The notes: generated by a model not told the origin, from the sequence alone. 64,000 nucleotides of DNA from Auanema rhodensis (GCA_964057225.1 OZ059899.1:12524001-12588000); one strand, 5' to 3'; numbered from the stretch's first letter, positions 28,001 to 41,078 are shown. Translations and numbers: made by a program.

Positions 28001-31000
28001 CTCTAAAATCATTACTACTTCATTAGTCAAAAAATAAATTAATAAAGCTACATATTATGTTTTTTCAAACTTTTCTCTTAACTTTATCTGAAAATTCAGT
28101 TGAAGTTATGACTAGACTAACCCTATTGGTGGTCCGGTTGCGTCATTGCGAACCCAGGTCCGAGCATTAGGTCGATGATAGATAGGATTAGGAGCATTTG
28201 GTACACTTCCTATAATGATATTAATAAAATTTAATAAAATATTAATTCCAAAAATTGACTAAATTTTTTTATTTTTAGCCAATTTTTGTAATTAAAGTTG
28301 TAAAATAAGCGCGAAAGTTGTTTCATCAAGCTGGTCAGCAATACTAACACCATCTATACTACAGTGTTTTGCGAAGATGAACATTCGCAAACTATAAGAT
28401 AATAATGCAAAATAGAGCTTCTTTTCACTTTGTTTCAACTATGATTTGAATATGCTATAGCTTATGCTAGGGCTCTTACCACTACAGCATAGTTAGGCTC
28501 AAGTTGGTCAATCAAAACATAGATTGTAATTCAAGTGTAATAATGCTCATAAAATATTTGAAATTATGGTATATGTTATATAAAGGAACTACTAAATACA
28601 ACTTCGTGGCCTACGTCCGATGGCTTGAGGAGCGTCGATGTTTTCGGCAATAACAGATGGACCAGCACTAGCTACACGGCGAGGGTTACGTGGTACCGCT
28701 TTAGCACCTGTCAATCTCAGATCAATGTTATCGTCATAATAATCTGCAAAAATGAATATGAATATGAGTAAGAATTCTATGAATCTCATGAATTACCTGA
28801 GTTTTCTTCGAGCCATGTTAGCGTGTCAGGAGGCTTAGGAGCAGCTGGCTTGTGCTTAGCCTGGAATAACCTCACTACCACTATCAATATCATATTATGA
28901 AAAAAAATTTTAATTTATTTACGATTTGAAAAAAAGCATTAGCAGCTTGAGCGTTAAGTTCTATTCAAGTTTAAAGAAAAAATTATTTTTTGAAGTTGTT
29001 GAGTTGTTGTGTTGAAGTTGAATTGATGTTGGATGTTATCTAATAGACTACGGTATACCTTATCTACTTTGTATTTTGATAAATCTGATGATGGAATGAG
29101 ATGATCTTCAACGTCTGTGTATCTTTGTCGATTAGCCTGAAACTCTTAAATGGTCCCAGCAAGAAAAAAAAATATTAGTGAAAGGATGGATGTGTAGAAG
29201 GATAGAATGGTATAGAAACTTAAAACACACAAATGAATAACTACAAGAAGCAAGTAGCAAGAGACGAAGCAGCAGATTTGAATTTTCTTTTGGAATTTTG
29301 CCAAAATTAATAAAAATTAATTGTTTAATGGAATACCGCCGCATTTGAACGACGTTGCTGTTGCTTCTGATTCTGCTTATTACGTCTTGCACGCTCACGT
29401 TGACGTTTCAATTGAGCTTTACGTTGCTGTTCTTGTCGTTTGAGATCTGGTAAAGCCTGTAAAGCATTTACAACTGTTTGATGGCAGGCTATTGTCTAGA
29501 CAGTTAATTGACTTTAGAAGATTCTGTTTCAAGTAATTCGTATGCAATATAAATTTCAAAAAGATAGAAGAAGATAAGATACAGAGAAAGCTTGGAGAAA
29601 GGGAAAAAGTCATAAAATAAAAACCTTAGCCAGAGGCTCATCGTAGTCAGATGCATCAGGAACTGGAGGTACGCCTGGAGCTGGTTGAGGAATATGTGGT
29701 CCTTGATTAGCCCCACGACCACGATTTCCGCGATTGCCACCGTGATTACCACCGTGATTGCCATTTGGCTTCCATGGCTTCTGGGTTGGCGCTGGAGTTT
29801 GAGGTGGCTGTTTCTACAAACAAAATGGTTTTTATCTAATATGGTATATGTGTATATTCTATTTACATTCAATAATCCGGCTCCTAGATTGAATAAATCT
29901 CCAAATGGCAGATTAGATCCAGGTCCCGCATTGTTATTACCTATTCCGGACAGCAGTGCCTATAAAATTTAGTGAATTGAGAGCATTTTTGTGTTAATCT
30001 TCTATCAAGCCAAATATCTTTGATGCTACGTAATTCTAATCCTCCTCCCTACCCTGTCGTCTAACCTTCTTTGTCTATGTCATTAAGCCCCCCCCCCCTG
30101 AACTACCACTTGAATAGAATCAATTACCGTACCGCTATTCCGCCGCCTCCTGGAGAACCGCCACCTGCACCTCCACCTAGACCACCAAGTCCGCCTCCTG
30201 CTCCTCCTGCACTTCCGAGACCACTGCCAAGGAATGGTGCTATTAGTGACATAAAATCTTGGGCCTATAAACAGATATAGTTAAAAGCTAGCTATGTTGT
30301 ATGAAATAAAACATAAAATCAGGTTTGAATGTGTGATGTAAGCGATATTATCTGGTGTTGTGATGTCATCATCAATCAAATTTCCCGTTATTTTATCTTT
30401 TAAGGATGAGTCAGCGAACGCTTGTTCATACTCACGCAGCTTCATCTTTTTCCCGTTTTTCCTTTTTATTTATTTTTTTTGCAAATTCTCTCACATTTCC
30501 ATATAATAAGTTAAAATATTGAATTCAAGCATAAGGTATATCAAGATGTGACCTTTCCAATTCAACTGAACGCTTCTCCCCTTTCTTACCTGTCTCACTT
30601 GATTTCATGCTTCTCACAATCATGAACCATACTCTTCTTCTCATTCTCTTTTGCTTAAGTATCTGCCAGGGGAGAAGTTTTGTACTATTAGGTTGTCAAG
30701 ATTTTCAGTTTTTGTCTCTGAGTTTCCAAAAAAAAAAACGATTAGCGCATCTTCGTTTTGCAACACATCATCTTCATTTATTTCTCGTTCTACTCTCATG
30801 TCTCATTCAGCTTCAAATATCCCAGTTTTCTCTCCTGTTGTTGTGTCCTTGAAAGGCTATACCCCTGAGGCAATCTCACATTCTAACTGGTGAACGAACA
30901 GGTATGGCGTTTCAATCTCATTCTCACACATCAACAAGAGAATGTGTTTAAGATGAAATACATACCAGCAAAAATCAAATTAACGTCATCTTGTAACTTT

Positions 31001-31518
31001 AATTCAAACTTGAAACCAGCATAGGTTTAAAATGATTTTCTATCATGAGTTTTATATATTTAAAAGATGAAAAACATGAAAAATCATCTATATATGGAAA
31101 GATATACTCGTTTTTCAAACATCTACATATGTTGTAAACAGCTAAAGAAGCAGCAAATATAAGCTGCCAACCAGTTTTGCACAGTGAAATGCCCTCAATG
31201 CTTATCCTTACTACCCTTTTTCCTCTTCTCTCTCTATTTCAGTCTCTCTCAACAGCTTTTTTTACCTCTTTCTTTATCTTTGAACATAATAAAAGTGCTT
31301 TTGAAATTAATTTCTTTAGCTTTTCTCTTCTTATTTCCATCTCTTCTAGCTCACTAACATCAAAATACTAATTCCAAGAGAATTAAATGAAAGGAAAATT
31401 TGAAAATCTTGGAAAATCGCGAAATCAAAGTTCAAAAAGATCAAAAAATGGATTTCTTCTCAATGTTTACCTGTGCATAGTTGATGACCAGAAGTAGGAT
31501 TAGACTATGCCACTTCAT
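25052..31518 (-). CDS. nas-30: Astacin-family zinc metalloprotease (NAS-30-like): signal peptide, long low-complexity pro-region, astacin, EGF, CUB-like
   Basis: 23 minus-strand exons from 31471-31518 ([16 protein letters not shown]) to 25052-25139 ([28 protein letters not shown]). Furin-type site RGKR|[10 protein letters not shown]; zinc motif [19 protein letters not shown] (26513-26601); Met-turn SVMHY (26343-26457); [29 protein letters not shown] (25994-26113). The tail [19 protein letters not shown]...[21 protein letters not shown] resembles C. elegans NAS-30 as I recall it; the symbol is less certain than the family. Confidence 0.9.
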
Positions 31519-32392
31519 CGTTCGCTTGGCTTAACGAACCTCGTTTTCAGAGGATCTTGAGCTAAGCGATGAATATATAGATTATCTGAAAAAAAAAGAA
31601 AAAATAAGGAAAAAAACATCAAAAGTTTGAAAGAACATGAAGTATAAATGAAGTTTTACGTGAAAACACGAGATAAAAAGGAAAAGAAGTACAGTTGAAA
31701 ATGAAGAAAAGGTAAAGTTTCAGACGATTTTTTGAAAGGAAAAAAAGAAAATTAGATGAAAAGATTGAAAAACGAAAGAAAAAGTTTGAAATATGAATCT
31801 GTATGTACCTCATGCCGGTTTTATCCGCCACATGGACTGTCAGAAGAATGAATCAGCATTCATGATTATTGGTAAAGAAAAATGGTAGATTGTATGAAAA
31901 GAATAGGGGGAAGTTATGAAATCAAAGAAAATTCTGAAAAGTTTTTAAGAAAAGCTTAACCAAGGTGGTGATGAGCTGACAGTAGGAGAACGGAGGAAAG
32001 AAAGAGAGAGAAATGCTATATTCGAATTTCTGAACTGAAAAAGAAATGAAGAAGTGAGAAAGGTAAGAGATTGAAAGATATGAAAAGGAACACAGAAGTG
32101 AAATTACTTTCTCTTCTTGTGGATTAAAGAAAGAGTAACATGTGATAATGATGTTAACAGCAATGACAGTGAATGTGCTGAACGGCGACGGCAGACAGTG
32201 GGCATCAGAAGCTATGTTGGGGAGGAAGAAGCACTTCTAGCCAATAGGAAACCGGTTCATCATGGAGCGAGTGAGTGAATTACCAAATACAAATACATAT
32301 AACTACATGTATCTATGCTTCTTCCGAGTGTATAAATGACATTGAAACAGATGAAGGGAGGATTGGAAGAGATTGGAAGAGTTAAGAGAGAG

Positions 32393-32463
<71 letters not shown>

Positions 32464-33127
32464 ACTGAATGAGAAGAGATGGGTTGAGTGAAAGAGCTTA
32501 CTGATGTACGTCATCTCAGACGTCCATCTGATAAATCTGTTGTGATGGTATATGCTAATCAACAAGTAGACCGTGTTTCATATCGTGGATTACAGCGAAT
32601 CGTACAACAATAAATTGAATTTCATCAGTAAATCCTAAAGATTCTGGATTCATTTAAGAAGAAGAGAGTCCAGATATGAATGACTAACTTGGTCAAAGTG
32701 TGACTGAGTGGCATAAAAGTATGGAAAATCTAAGAAAGAGATAGAGAGAGGGAAAAAGAGAGAGAGAGGAGGGGGAGCTAGATGATCCAATGGATTTAAA
32801 CCATTATTTTTATATTTCCTAACTATACTATATACTTATACCTGCTGGACAAGCAACTGGAAGAGATTTTATGGTGGTTACAGGCTGGCTACAAGTCGTC
32901 CCTAGACAACAATGAGGACAACGAAACGATATAAGCGATGCATAACGATTAAGAAATTCAGAAGTTTGACTTAAAGAAAATAAAATAATTAAAATAAGTT
33001 AAAAAAGATGTTTAGAAGCAACACACAAAGAAAAACTGAAGGTTGTAACGCAGGAAGAAGAGTAAAGGAAGTTAAAAGATTTGAGGATTGAAGAGTCGGA
33101 GTAGGAATGGTAGATGTTGGTAATCAC

Positions 33128-33205
<78 letters not shown>
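33128..33205. repeat. (GA)n microsatellite
   Basis: Seen directly. Confidence 0.95.
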
Positions 33206-33743
33206 GGGGGAAGAAAAGCGAGAAGGATCTACAGAGAGATCATTTGGAATATTCTCGTGTGAAATAGCTTTATAAGGAAAAATTGAAGGTTAATAAGAGG
33301 AATGATGTATGAAGGTGTGGTGGTACATCGTTAAGAGAAACAGACAAGAGAGGACGAATGAAATCTATAAGAGAATTAAGAAAGTTGCTAGTTTGATTAA
33401 GCATCATCATCATCATCGTCACGTGTTTAGTGTTGTTGCATAGAATGTCAAATGAAGTTTGATATAAATCTAAATGAATAAAAACAAACAAAACTGGATT
33501 AAATAGTGAAAATACGAGATAAGTATGCCAATCATCATCTATGTATATACATGTCTTCTATTTTTTTTTCTTCTAAATCATACATATATTGGCCTTCAGA
33601 TTTTATAAGAAAAACATATAAATATATAATTAAAGATTAAAATTGTATAGTATATAGTTAAGATATTGAAGTGGCCTCATTTTTACGTCAAGGTGAGACG
33701 AAAAGCCTGTTAAGTTGGAGAAAGCTATGACTCCACCTTTTCA

Positions 33744-33784
<41 letters not shown>

Positions 33785-34536
33785 CCAACTTCTTCCCCCC
33801 CATTAACGTCGTACTTCTTTCTCTAAACATGCTAATGAGATACAAACGAGACAATTTCAAAAAAACTATCAAATGTATTCAATGCTCTTTCAAACAAACT
33901 TTCACTTTTAACAAAAATTTTAGCATAGCTTGCAGCTTACCGCTTATGCTGTTGGAGGATATTCAAATACGAGTTTTTAATTTTTAAAAATATCAAGAAA
34001 AATTAATTAGAATTTGAAAAAATAATTAATTCAAAGTAAAGTTTTAGAAAATTCAGCTTAATGCTATAAGCTGGGAAAAGTACAATAGGTTATACAGTTA
34101 ATATGTTTAAATAATATCAAAAGCATATGTACATATGGAAGAAGAAACAGTGGTTCTATGCCTTCAACCTGATGCCGAATGAACAAGCTGATCAACTGAC
34201 ACCTTCATTGAACCTAAGCTTTACAACCATTTTTTCATAAAAATTCTTGTTTTTGATATGAAAATACGTGTCTTTATCAGGAAATGGCAAAAAACTTTAA
34301 CATTTGCCAGTCGAGATAAAGATTGGATAATACTAGATTGAGAGAGAATAAGAAATAGAGAGAGAGAGGTAGAGAAACAATTTTAAATCAAGGATACAAG
34401 ACTAAAACCTTGACGCTTATGAAGTCATCCGCCAAGGTTTCAGAAGGTGAAGGTAGACGGGTAGCAGCTTCAACTTCTCTTTTTTTACGCCTTAACGTCG
34501 ACTTTCACACAAAATCTCTGATGTGTCATATCGCGT

Positions 34537-34589
<53 letters not shown>

Positions 34590-34624
34590 CTCTCTCTTTC
34601 TCTCTCTTTCTTTCTCTCTCTTTC

Positions 34625-34683
<59 letters not shown>

Positions 34684-34690
34684 CTCTCTT
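34537..34690. repeat. Long (CT)n/(CTTT) polypyrimidine microsatellite
   Basis: About 150 nt of C and T only. Confidence 0.95.
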
Positions 34691-35481
34691 TCATTTACAT
34701 GTTTCTCTCTTAATTTCTCTTTCCCTTCATACTTGCTCTATCTATTTCTATTAATGTGCATAATATCCTTTTCCTTGTAAAGTTCATGTTAAAACATATT
34801 ATCAATAGTTCGAAACTATGATGATTCATTTATATTTTTTCTTATAAGCTAGTATCATTATAATTTTTCTTAAAAAAGACATTTGCAACTATACAACTGC
34901 TTTATGGTCATCGTAAAATATAATTAGTAATAACATTCGTGATGAAATAATTAGCAAAAGTATATTATTATCCTAATATCACTAAATAAATATAATTTTA
35001 AATAATAATTAATCAATAATTTAATAATATTTTTATATTTAAGAAAAATTGTTTTTGAATATTTATTTAAAAACTTCTATTATGCCGCCAACATATGTTG
35101 AAGTTTTAATAATAGGTGATGAAATAATTTTGAATTTAAATTTAAATTTCCGACAATATTTAATATTTTACAAAATTCTTCTTTTTTTTTAATTTTACAG
35201 TACCAATAGAGTATATTGTTCAAAAAAGCTTATCAATTGAATTATAAAAAACAATAACCACCACATTCAATATCTTTCGGACCCACAATCTTTGTTCTTA
35301 AATTCAAACATTTCTAGAACTTTCTAGAATGCAATTCTTCTTATCTTTTCGTGTACTTTTAGCTTTCTTCTATTTATTTCTTTTTCCGGATAACAACAAA
35401 AAAAAAATCTTTTGCGACAACTGTTTCAAATTATTTGAAATGAACGCAGTTTGCAAGTTTATTCAGTCAAAATGACGAATA

Positions 35482-35551
<70 letters not shown>

Positions 35552-36722
35552 GGGGGGGGAAGATTTATATTTTCATTTCACATCATTGTATGTATTATGA
35601 TCGAAAAAACTTTAAAAATCATAGTACGGTGCCATGCTCTATTCATTTCTCATACTCATATCTATCAATATATGAACCTTTTCTGGTTGGTTTGTTGTAC
35701 AACAGCATTATTAGTTGTCGGCCTCCCAGTCATTTAACTCTTCTAGCTCCATTCTCTCTTGTAATTATCTTCTCTACATACTCTATTTCTCTAAATCACT
35801 TCCTGAAGCTCCGCCCCTTCTCTATCTTTTCACATGTCACATGCATATGCATTATGTGTGTCAGCTTTGCTCCGTTACTGTCTTTCTTTGAATCTTCTTT
35901 ACTTATCTGCCTTTCAATTAGTCAATAGTTAGGCTCAGTTAAGCTCTAGCTGTATGAATGAGGATGATGCTCAAGTGGTAATATATGATCTCATGTTACT
36001 GCTCCCAGCTGTACCTCACTATATGCATGCATGTGTGTGTCCTATCCCATAATCCTCTTTGTTTTGCTTTTCTTTAATAATGGATGTCATAAACCAAAAA
36101 ACATTGCTGTCATTATCTTCATTTTGGACTTATCCTATGGGTGTGCTGCGATGACCTGCCCTCTCACATTTCCTCTCTCTTCTGACATTTCTCAGTAATG
36201 TATGCAACCAAGTGCCATATGCCTGACCACTCTGTCCTGTAGATAAATCATTATATTCTCAAAGCAAATCATTTTTCCATCTCCTATACGTTACAACCAA
36301 ATTGTACGTTGCAAACTTGAATTATTGATGGATTCTCTCAGCACTTTTCAGGCGGAAAACGTTTGTTATTTGATTACTTTTGCTGATATTTCTTCTTTCG
36401 TTGTTTTATTTTTTGAATTTTAGAAATTCTCATAGCATCTGTTGGTATACGTTTTCCTTTTTGAAAATTCAAATAACTAACAAAGTGCTAATCAAGTCTT
36501 TTTTTTTTTAATTTTTCAGATTCTCACGTCAATCATTGCTTTTATTCTCGCTATATCATGGACAATCATTGATTTTTTTTTGTTTTTTTTTAAGCGTCGG
36601 TATTGTAAGAAAAAAACGATAGCGTCATTCAAACTCATCTCCTTTTCAGTATTTGTATTTGATGTTTTCTTATCATGTTCTGATTACTATTTCATGTTTT
36701 GCTACTTCAGAGTTTTGAAAGC

Positions 36723-38000
36723 ATGTATCGTGGACAGTCTGATCGAGGTGGTCGCGGGGGTGGTGGAGAATTCAGAGGTCGCGGAGGTGGTGGAGAATTC
36801 AGAGGTCGAGGAGCTGGTGGCGGAGGATTCAGAGGTCGAGGAGCTGGTGGCGGAGGATTCAGAGGTCGAGGAGGCGGCCCTGGTGGTCGCGGAGCACCTG
36901 GCGTAAGTTCTTTGCTGTTACCATTTCTGAGATTAGACATATTGGAGCATAAGGCTTTTATTTATAATTATGCAAATATATAATTAATAATATTAAAATT
37001 CTTATTATTATTAGATGTAGGTAGAGAAATTAATTGCTTTTGTTTCAGTCTTCTTTTAGTGCTGAAGATGCTCATTCAGAGGTATGGATATGCTCATTAA
37101 TTCAAGTTTTAAACTCCAATGTTTCAGCTTTTCATTGATCTTACTCAGCTTAACTTGAAACTTAACAAAGATCAATCTGATAGTATATTCGCACCTCGTA
37201 AACCATCTGCTAGCCGTCAAGGCGTAAAAGTAAGTTTTATAATAAACAAAGATACACATGTTGTGATATTTGACCAAACAATGCTAATGATTTTCAGCAA
37301 GTTATGCTTTTAACTAATGCTTATGAAGTTGAAGTAGCGCCATCTAACTTTTATTTATATGATGTTCGCTTCGTAACCTATTTAGAAGATGGAACTGAAG
37401 CCGAATTAATCCGTGACAATTATGATGAGTAAGTTGTTCAAGTTGTTCAAGTTGTAAACAAATAAGTTTTTTTCTTTTTCAGTCATTGTACTCGTGAACT
37501 TTATGAAGCTCGTTTTTCTTTGTTAATGAAGTTCTTCAATGATAATGGCTTATGTGATCAAGGAAAATCATTTGCTTATGATGGAAACAAGCTGCTATAT
37601 ACGTACAAAGATATAACGCCTGTACTTCCACAGGTAAAACTAACAGCCTTTTCTTAGTTCAAACTTAAAACTTTAATTTTTATATTACAGAAAGGACGTT
37701 ATGTAATTCCCATTGAAGACATTCCTAAAGATATTCGTCCATATATTCGTATTCCCAAATTAAGAACGCTCGAGATTATACTTAATAAATGTGATGGAAA
37801 TCATATCATTAAATCAACTGGCTATAAGGAGGCTCAAGTATGTTTTTATTATTTTAATGATTATGACTCAAATCTATATTAAGACTTCTGGAAATTTCAA
37901 AAATTTGGATTCATCTCATAGTCAGGCCATAGAGGTGATCACTAGCATGCAGGCGGGATCAAGGTACGCGATATTTCACGCATTTAAAATAATTTCTCTT

Positions 38001-38057
<57 letters not shown>

Positions 38058-41000
38058 ATATCTATCTATCTCTCTCTCTTTCTTAACACATTTTCGAATT
38101 TTCAGTGGAAAGTATGTTTCATTTGGAAATGGAGTACTTTATCCAAAAAATCAAAATTATCAGAAAACGGACTGTATGCAAGTTAAATATGAAGGAATAA
38201 CTAAATCACTCAGGTGTTTCCTTTTCACTGTTTCTGAAATATAATGAATTCTTCAGATATGTTGAAGGAAAAAATCGTGATCGTGTGCAGCCTGTTCTTC
38301 TCATCGATGGTTTGTCTATATCTTAGCAGATACAAGTGTTCTTAATTTCGATGCTTCAGCTCGTATGGGACAATTCTATGATTATGCTCCTGTTCTGAGC
38401 TTTGTCAACTATCTTGCCAGCAGAAAATTCCGTGTTCCAAATATTAGTGGAGGAATTCCTCCAGATATTGCAAGAAGAATTTCTGCCTACCTTAAAGGCC
38501 TTCGTCTAGAGGCAAAAGAAAAGAAACTCACATTCACTAGTCGTGGTTTTACAAAAGAATCAGTTGCGGAGATCATAGTTAACGTTAACACGTGAGTTTG
38601 TTCTTTATCCAGCTTATTTCAGCATGTTTGTACACTATTATAGACCCACAGGAAAGATTGAAAAGAAACTTCCTGAGTTATATCAGGGACTTCGAATTAA
38701 CACGAAGCTTCCAGCAGTTATGTCAGCAAGGGAGAAGAATGGGTAAGTTGCTTTATAGCTTTTCAAATGACATATGGATGATTGTTTTCAGAGGTTTTGT
38801 TCCTTTCAAGAATGTTATGGAAGATTTATATATTGCTCCACATCAGCGTGTTAAAAATCAAAAACATCAATTGGCTCCACCTGTATGTTTTCCGATTTTC
38901 AAGATTTTTTTTCAAACTTCTGTATTTTTAGCCTCGAGCTGATAGGGTTCAACAGCGACATGACAAAACCGAAAAATTGAGAGCTGATCTAGGACTTGAT
39001 GGAAGTTCAAATACTGTCTTGGATAGGTTTGACAACATATTGATTATACATCAAAGTAACAACGTACTATTTCAGTTTCCAACTTAAAGTTGCAAGAAAG
39101 CCTATGCTTGTACAAGCTTTCTACAGACAGAATCCTCAAATTCTTTATGGAAACGGCAAAATTTGTTATGCTGGTGATAACGTAAGTTCAGAACAAGTTG
39201 CTGTTTTCTCATATGCTGTTTTAAAGGGATCATGGCAATCGCGTGAGAAATTCGTCCTTCCAGCTGAAGGATTCAGAGTAGTTTGTATTGTATTAGCACA
39301 TAATGACGATGTTGATAGTAATATTCAGTAATATTTCCAGTTATTAAAGGAACTAATTTTGAATTTTAGTAAATTCGGTCAAGACTTCAAAATGGAAATG
39401 AAACGTCGTGGTTGTAACAATAGCTTTACTGATTTCCAGGTGCGCAAAGTAACTGCCGCTGGGATAGAAAAGGTAAGTTAGTAGATTCACAAAGCGTTAA
39501 AGAATATTGAAAATTGCTGATATCAATGAATATTATAGGAATTTGAAAAGATTGCTTCAGAAGGAAAGAAGACGTTAGTTTACCTTATAAGTGATCGTGA
39601 AGATGGACATAGTAGGAGAAGATTTCATGTTTTCGATTAGTTATCAAGCATTTTCAGCTGAATTAAAGTTCTTGGAACGAAAATATTCACTTCCGACACA
39701 GCACTTAATGTTGTCAACTATTTTTCCATCGACTAAACCGTAAGATTTATTCATATAAACAACTTGTCTAAACAATGTTTATTTCAGTCGAACTCTTTCA
39801 AATATTTGTTTCAAAGCGAATCTCAAAACAGGTGGACTTAACCATTTGGTACTTCCTGATGCTATCAGGTAATTAGATGAAGGAAGTTCATTTAATAGAA
39901 ATAATCTATTTTCAGTGAGAAATATTGGATTTCTAGTGGAAAGACACTTGTTGTTTCATTTGTTTCCAATAGAGGTAGAAGCTCTAAAGATGTCGTAGGA
40001 AATACCCCAACAGTTATTGGCGTACGTTCTCACATCATGTTATTCGTTAATTTTTTAAATTTTATTTTACAGTTTTCTTACAATTCTGCTAAGCATCCTG
40101 AGAACTTCATTGGCGATTTTCATTTCCATGATCCTTCTGAAGAACAGGTTTTACAACCTATAAGTCTTATCTCATCTGTTCAATAAGTTTAGATCAGTGC
40201 TGATATCATTGATATTCGCATGAAGCATATTCTCAAGCTTTTCCATTCGAACCGTAAAGCTCTTCCTGAAAATATTATTATTCTTCGGGATGGAATTGTG
40301 GAAACTCAATATTATCAGGCAAGCTAAATCTATCAGATCAAGCTTTAATGGCTGTGTTTATTCTATAGGCTGTAACGCATGAGCTTGCTCAAATCCGAAA
40401 TACATGCACATCGTATGGAACGCTTGTCAACTCACCGAAATGGAAGCCGAAGTTCCAGATGGCCGTCGTTACGAAGCGGCACAATTTAAGATTTTACCGC
40501 TACAGAGAGCGCTCACAATCTGTTCCATCGCGTTATGGCGGTGCTGAAGTTGAAAATCTCAACATTGCTGCTGTGATAGATTGTCAGATTGTTAGACCAA
40601 ATCTGACCGAGTTCTACATGCAAGCACATCACATCATCCAGGTAAACTACACAGTATGAACTTATTAGCAATTTGGATGAATTTCAGGGTTCAGGAAAGG
40701 TGCCATTGTATACAATTCTGGTAGATGAGCTTAATTGTACTATGGATCAAATTCAATCATTCATGCTTGGTCTCTGTTTCAGTCATCAGGTTTGAATTCA
40801 TCGTCTTACAATCCAGTAGCTTTTACCCATATTCTAGATCACTGAACAACCTATCTCTCTTCCGGAACCAGTGTATCAAGCTGAAGAATGGGCAAAACGT
40901 GGTGTAGCTATGTATTCTCAATTCAGGTAATAATGAAGTTTGAATATGTTATATAACTATATTAAAATATTTCAGAGATACATATGGCTATGAGCTTTAT

Positions 41001-41078
41001 CATAATGAGTTTGAAAAACTTACAAAGGAAATGTCATACATGAATACGAGGCTGGAAACATACCGAGTTAACGCTTAA
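36723..41078 (+). CDS. Worm-specific Argonaute (WAGO), CSR-1-clade-like, RGG N-terminus, predicted non-slicer; 26 exons
   Basis: Exons run from 36723-36902 (RGG repeats) to 40976-41078 (...RLETYRVNA*) in frame. Motifs: LLTNAY, FAYDGNKLLY, GITKSLRYVEG, APHQRV, LKFLERKYSLPTQH, NICFKANLKTGGLNH, PTVIGFSYNSAKHPENFIGDF, IIILRDG, VVTKRHNLRF, EFYMQAH, PISLPEPVYQAEEWAKRG and the WAGO-type C-terminal RVNA. Confidence 0.95.

Noticed and set aside
34410-34780. SLSLSL/ERERER ORFs here and elsewhere (18881, 21248, 42483, 53481, 58370, 59027 and others)
   Set aside because: Translations of (CT)n/(GA)n microsatellites.
11081-35934. TTAGGC telomere hexamers (about 11081, 11140, 13427, 28493, 35929) as telomere-addition or DNA-elimination sites
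   Set aside because: Single scattered copies at roughly chance frequency, with no array and no shared flanking motif that I could support.
36580-36940. Pro-rich minus ORF and EVEE-repeat plus ORF over the RGG exon; similar ORFs at 27428-27783, 29685-29972 and 30071-30280
   Set aside because: Alternative frames or antisense of real low-complexity exons of the Argonaute and astacin genes.
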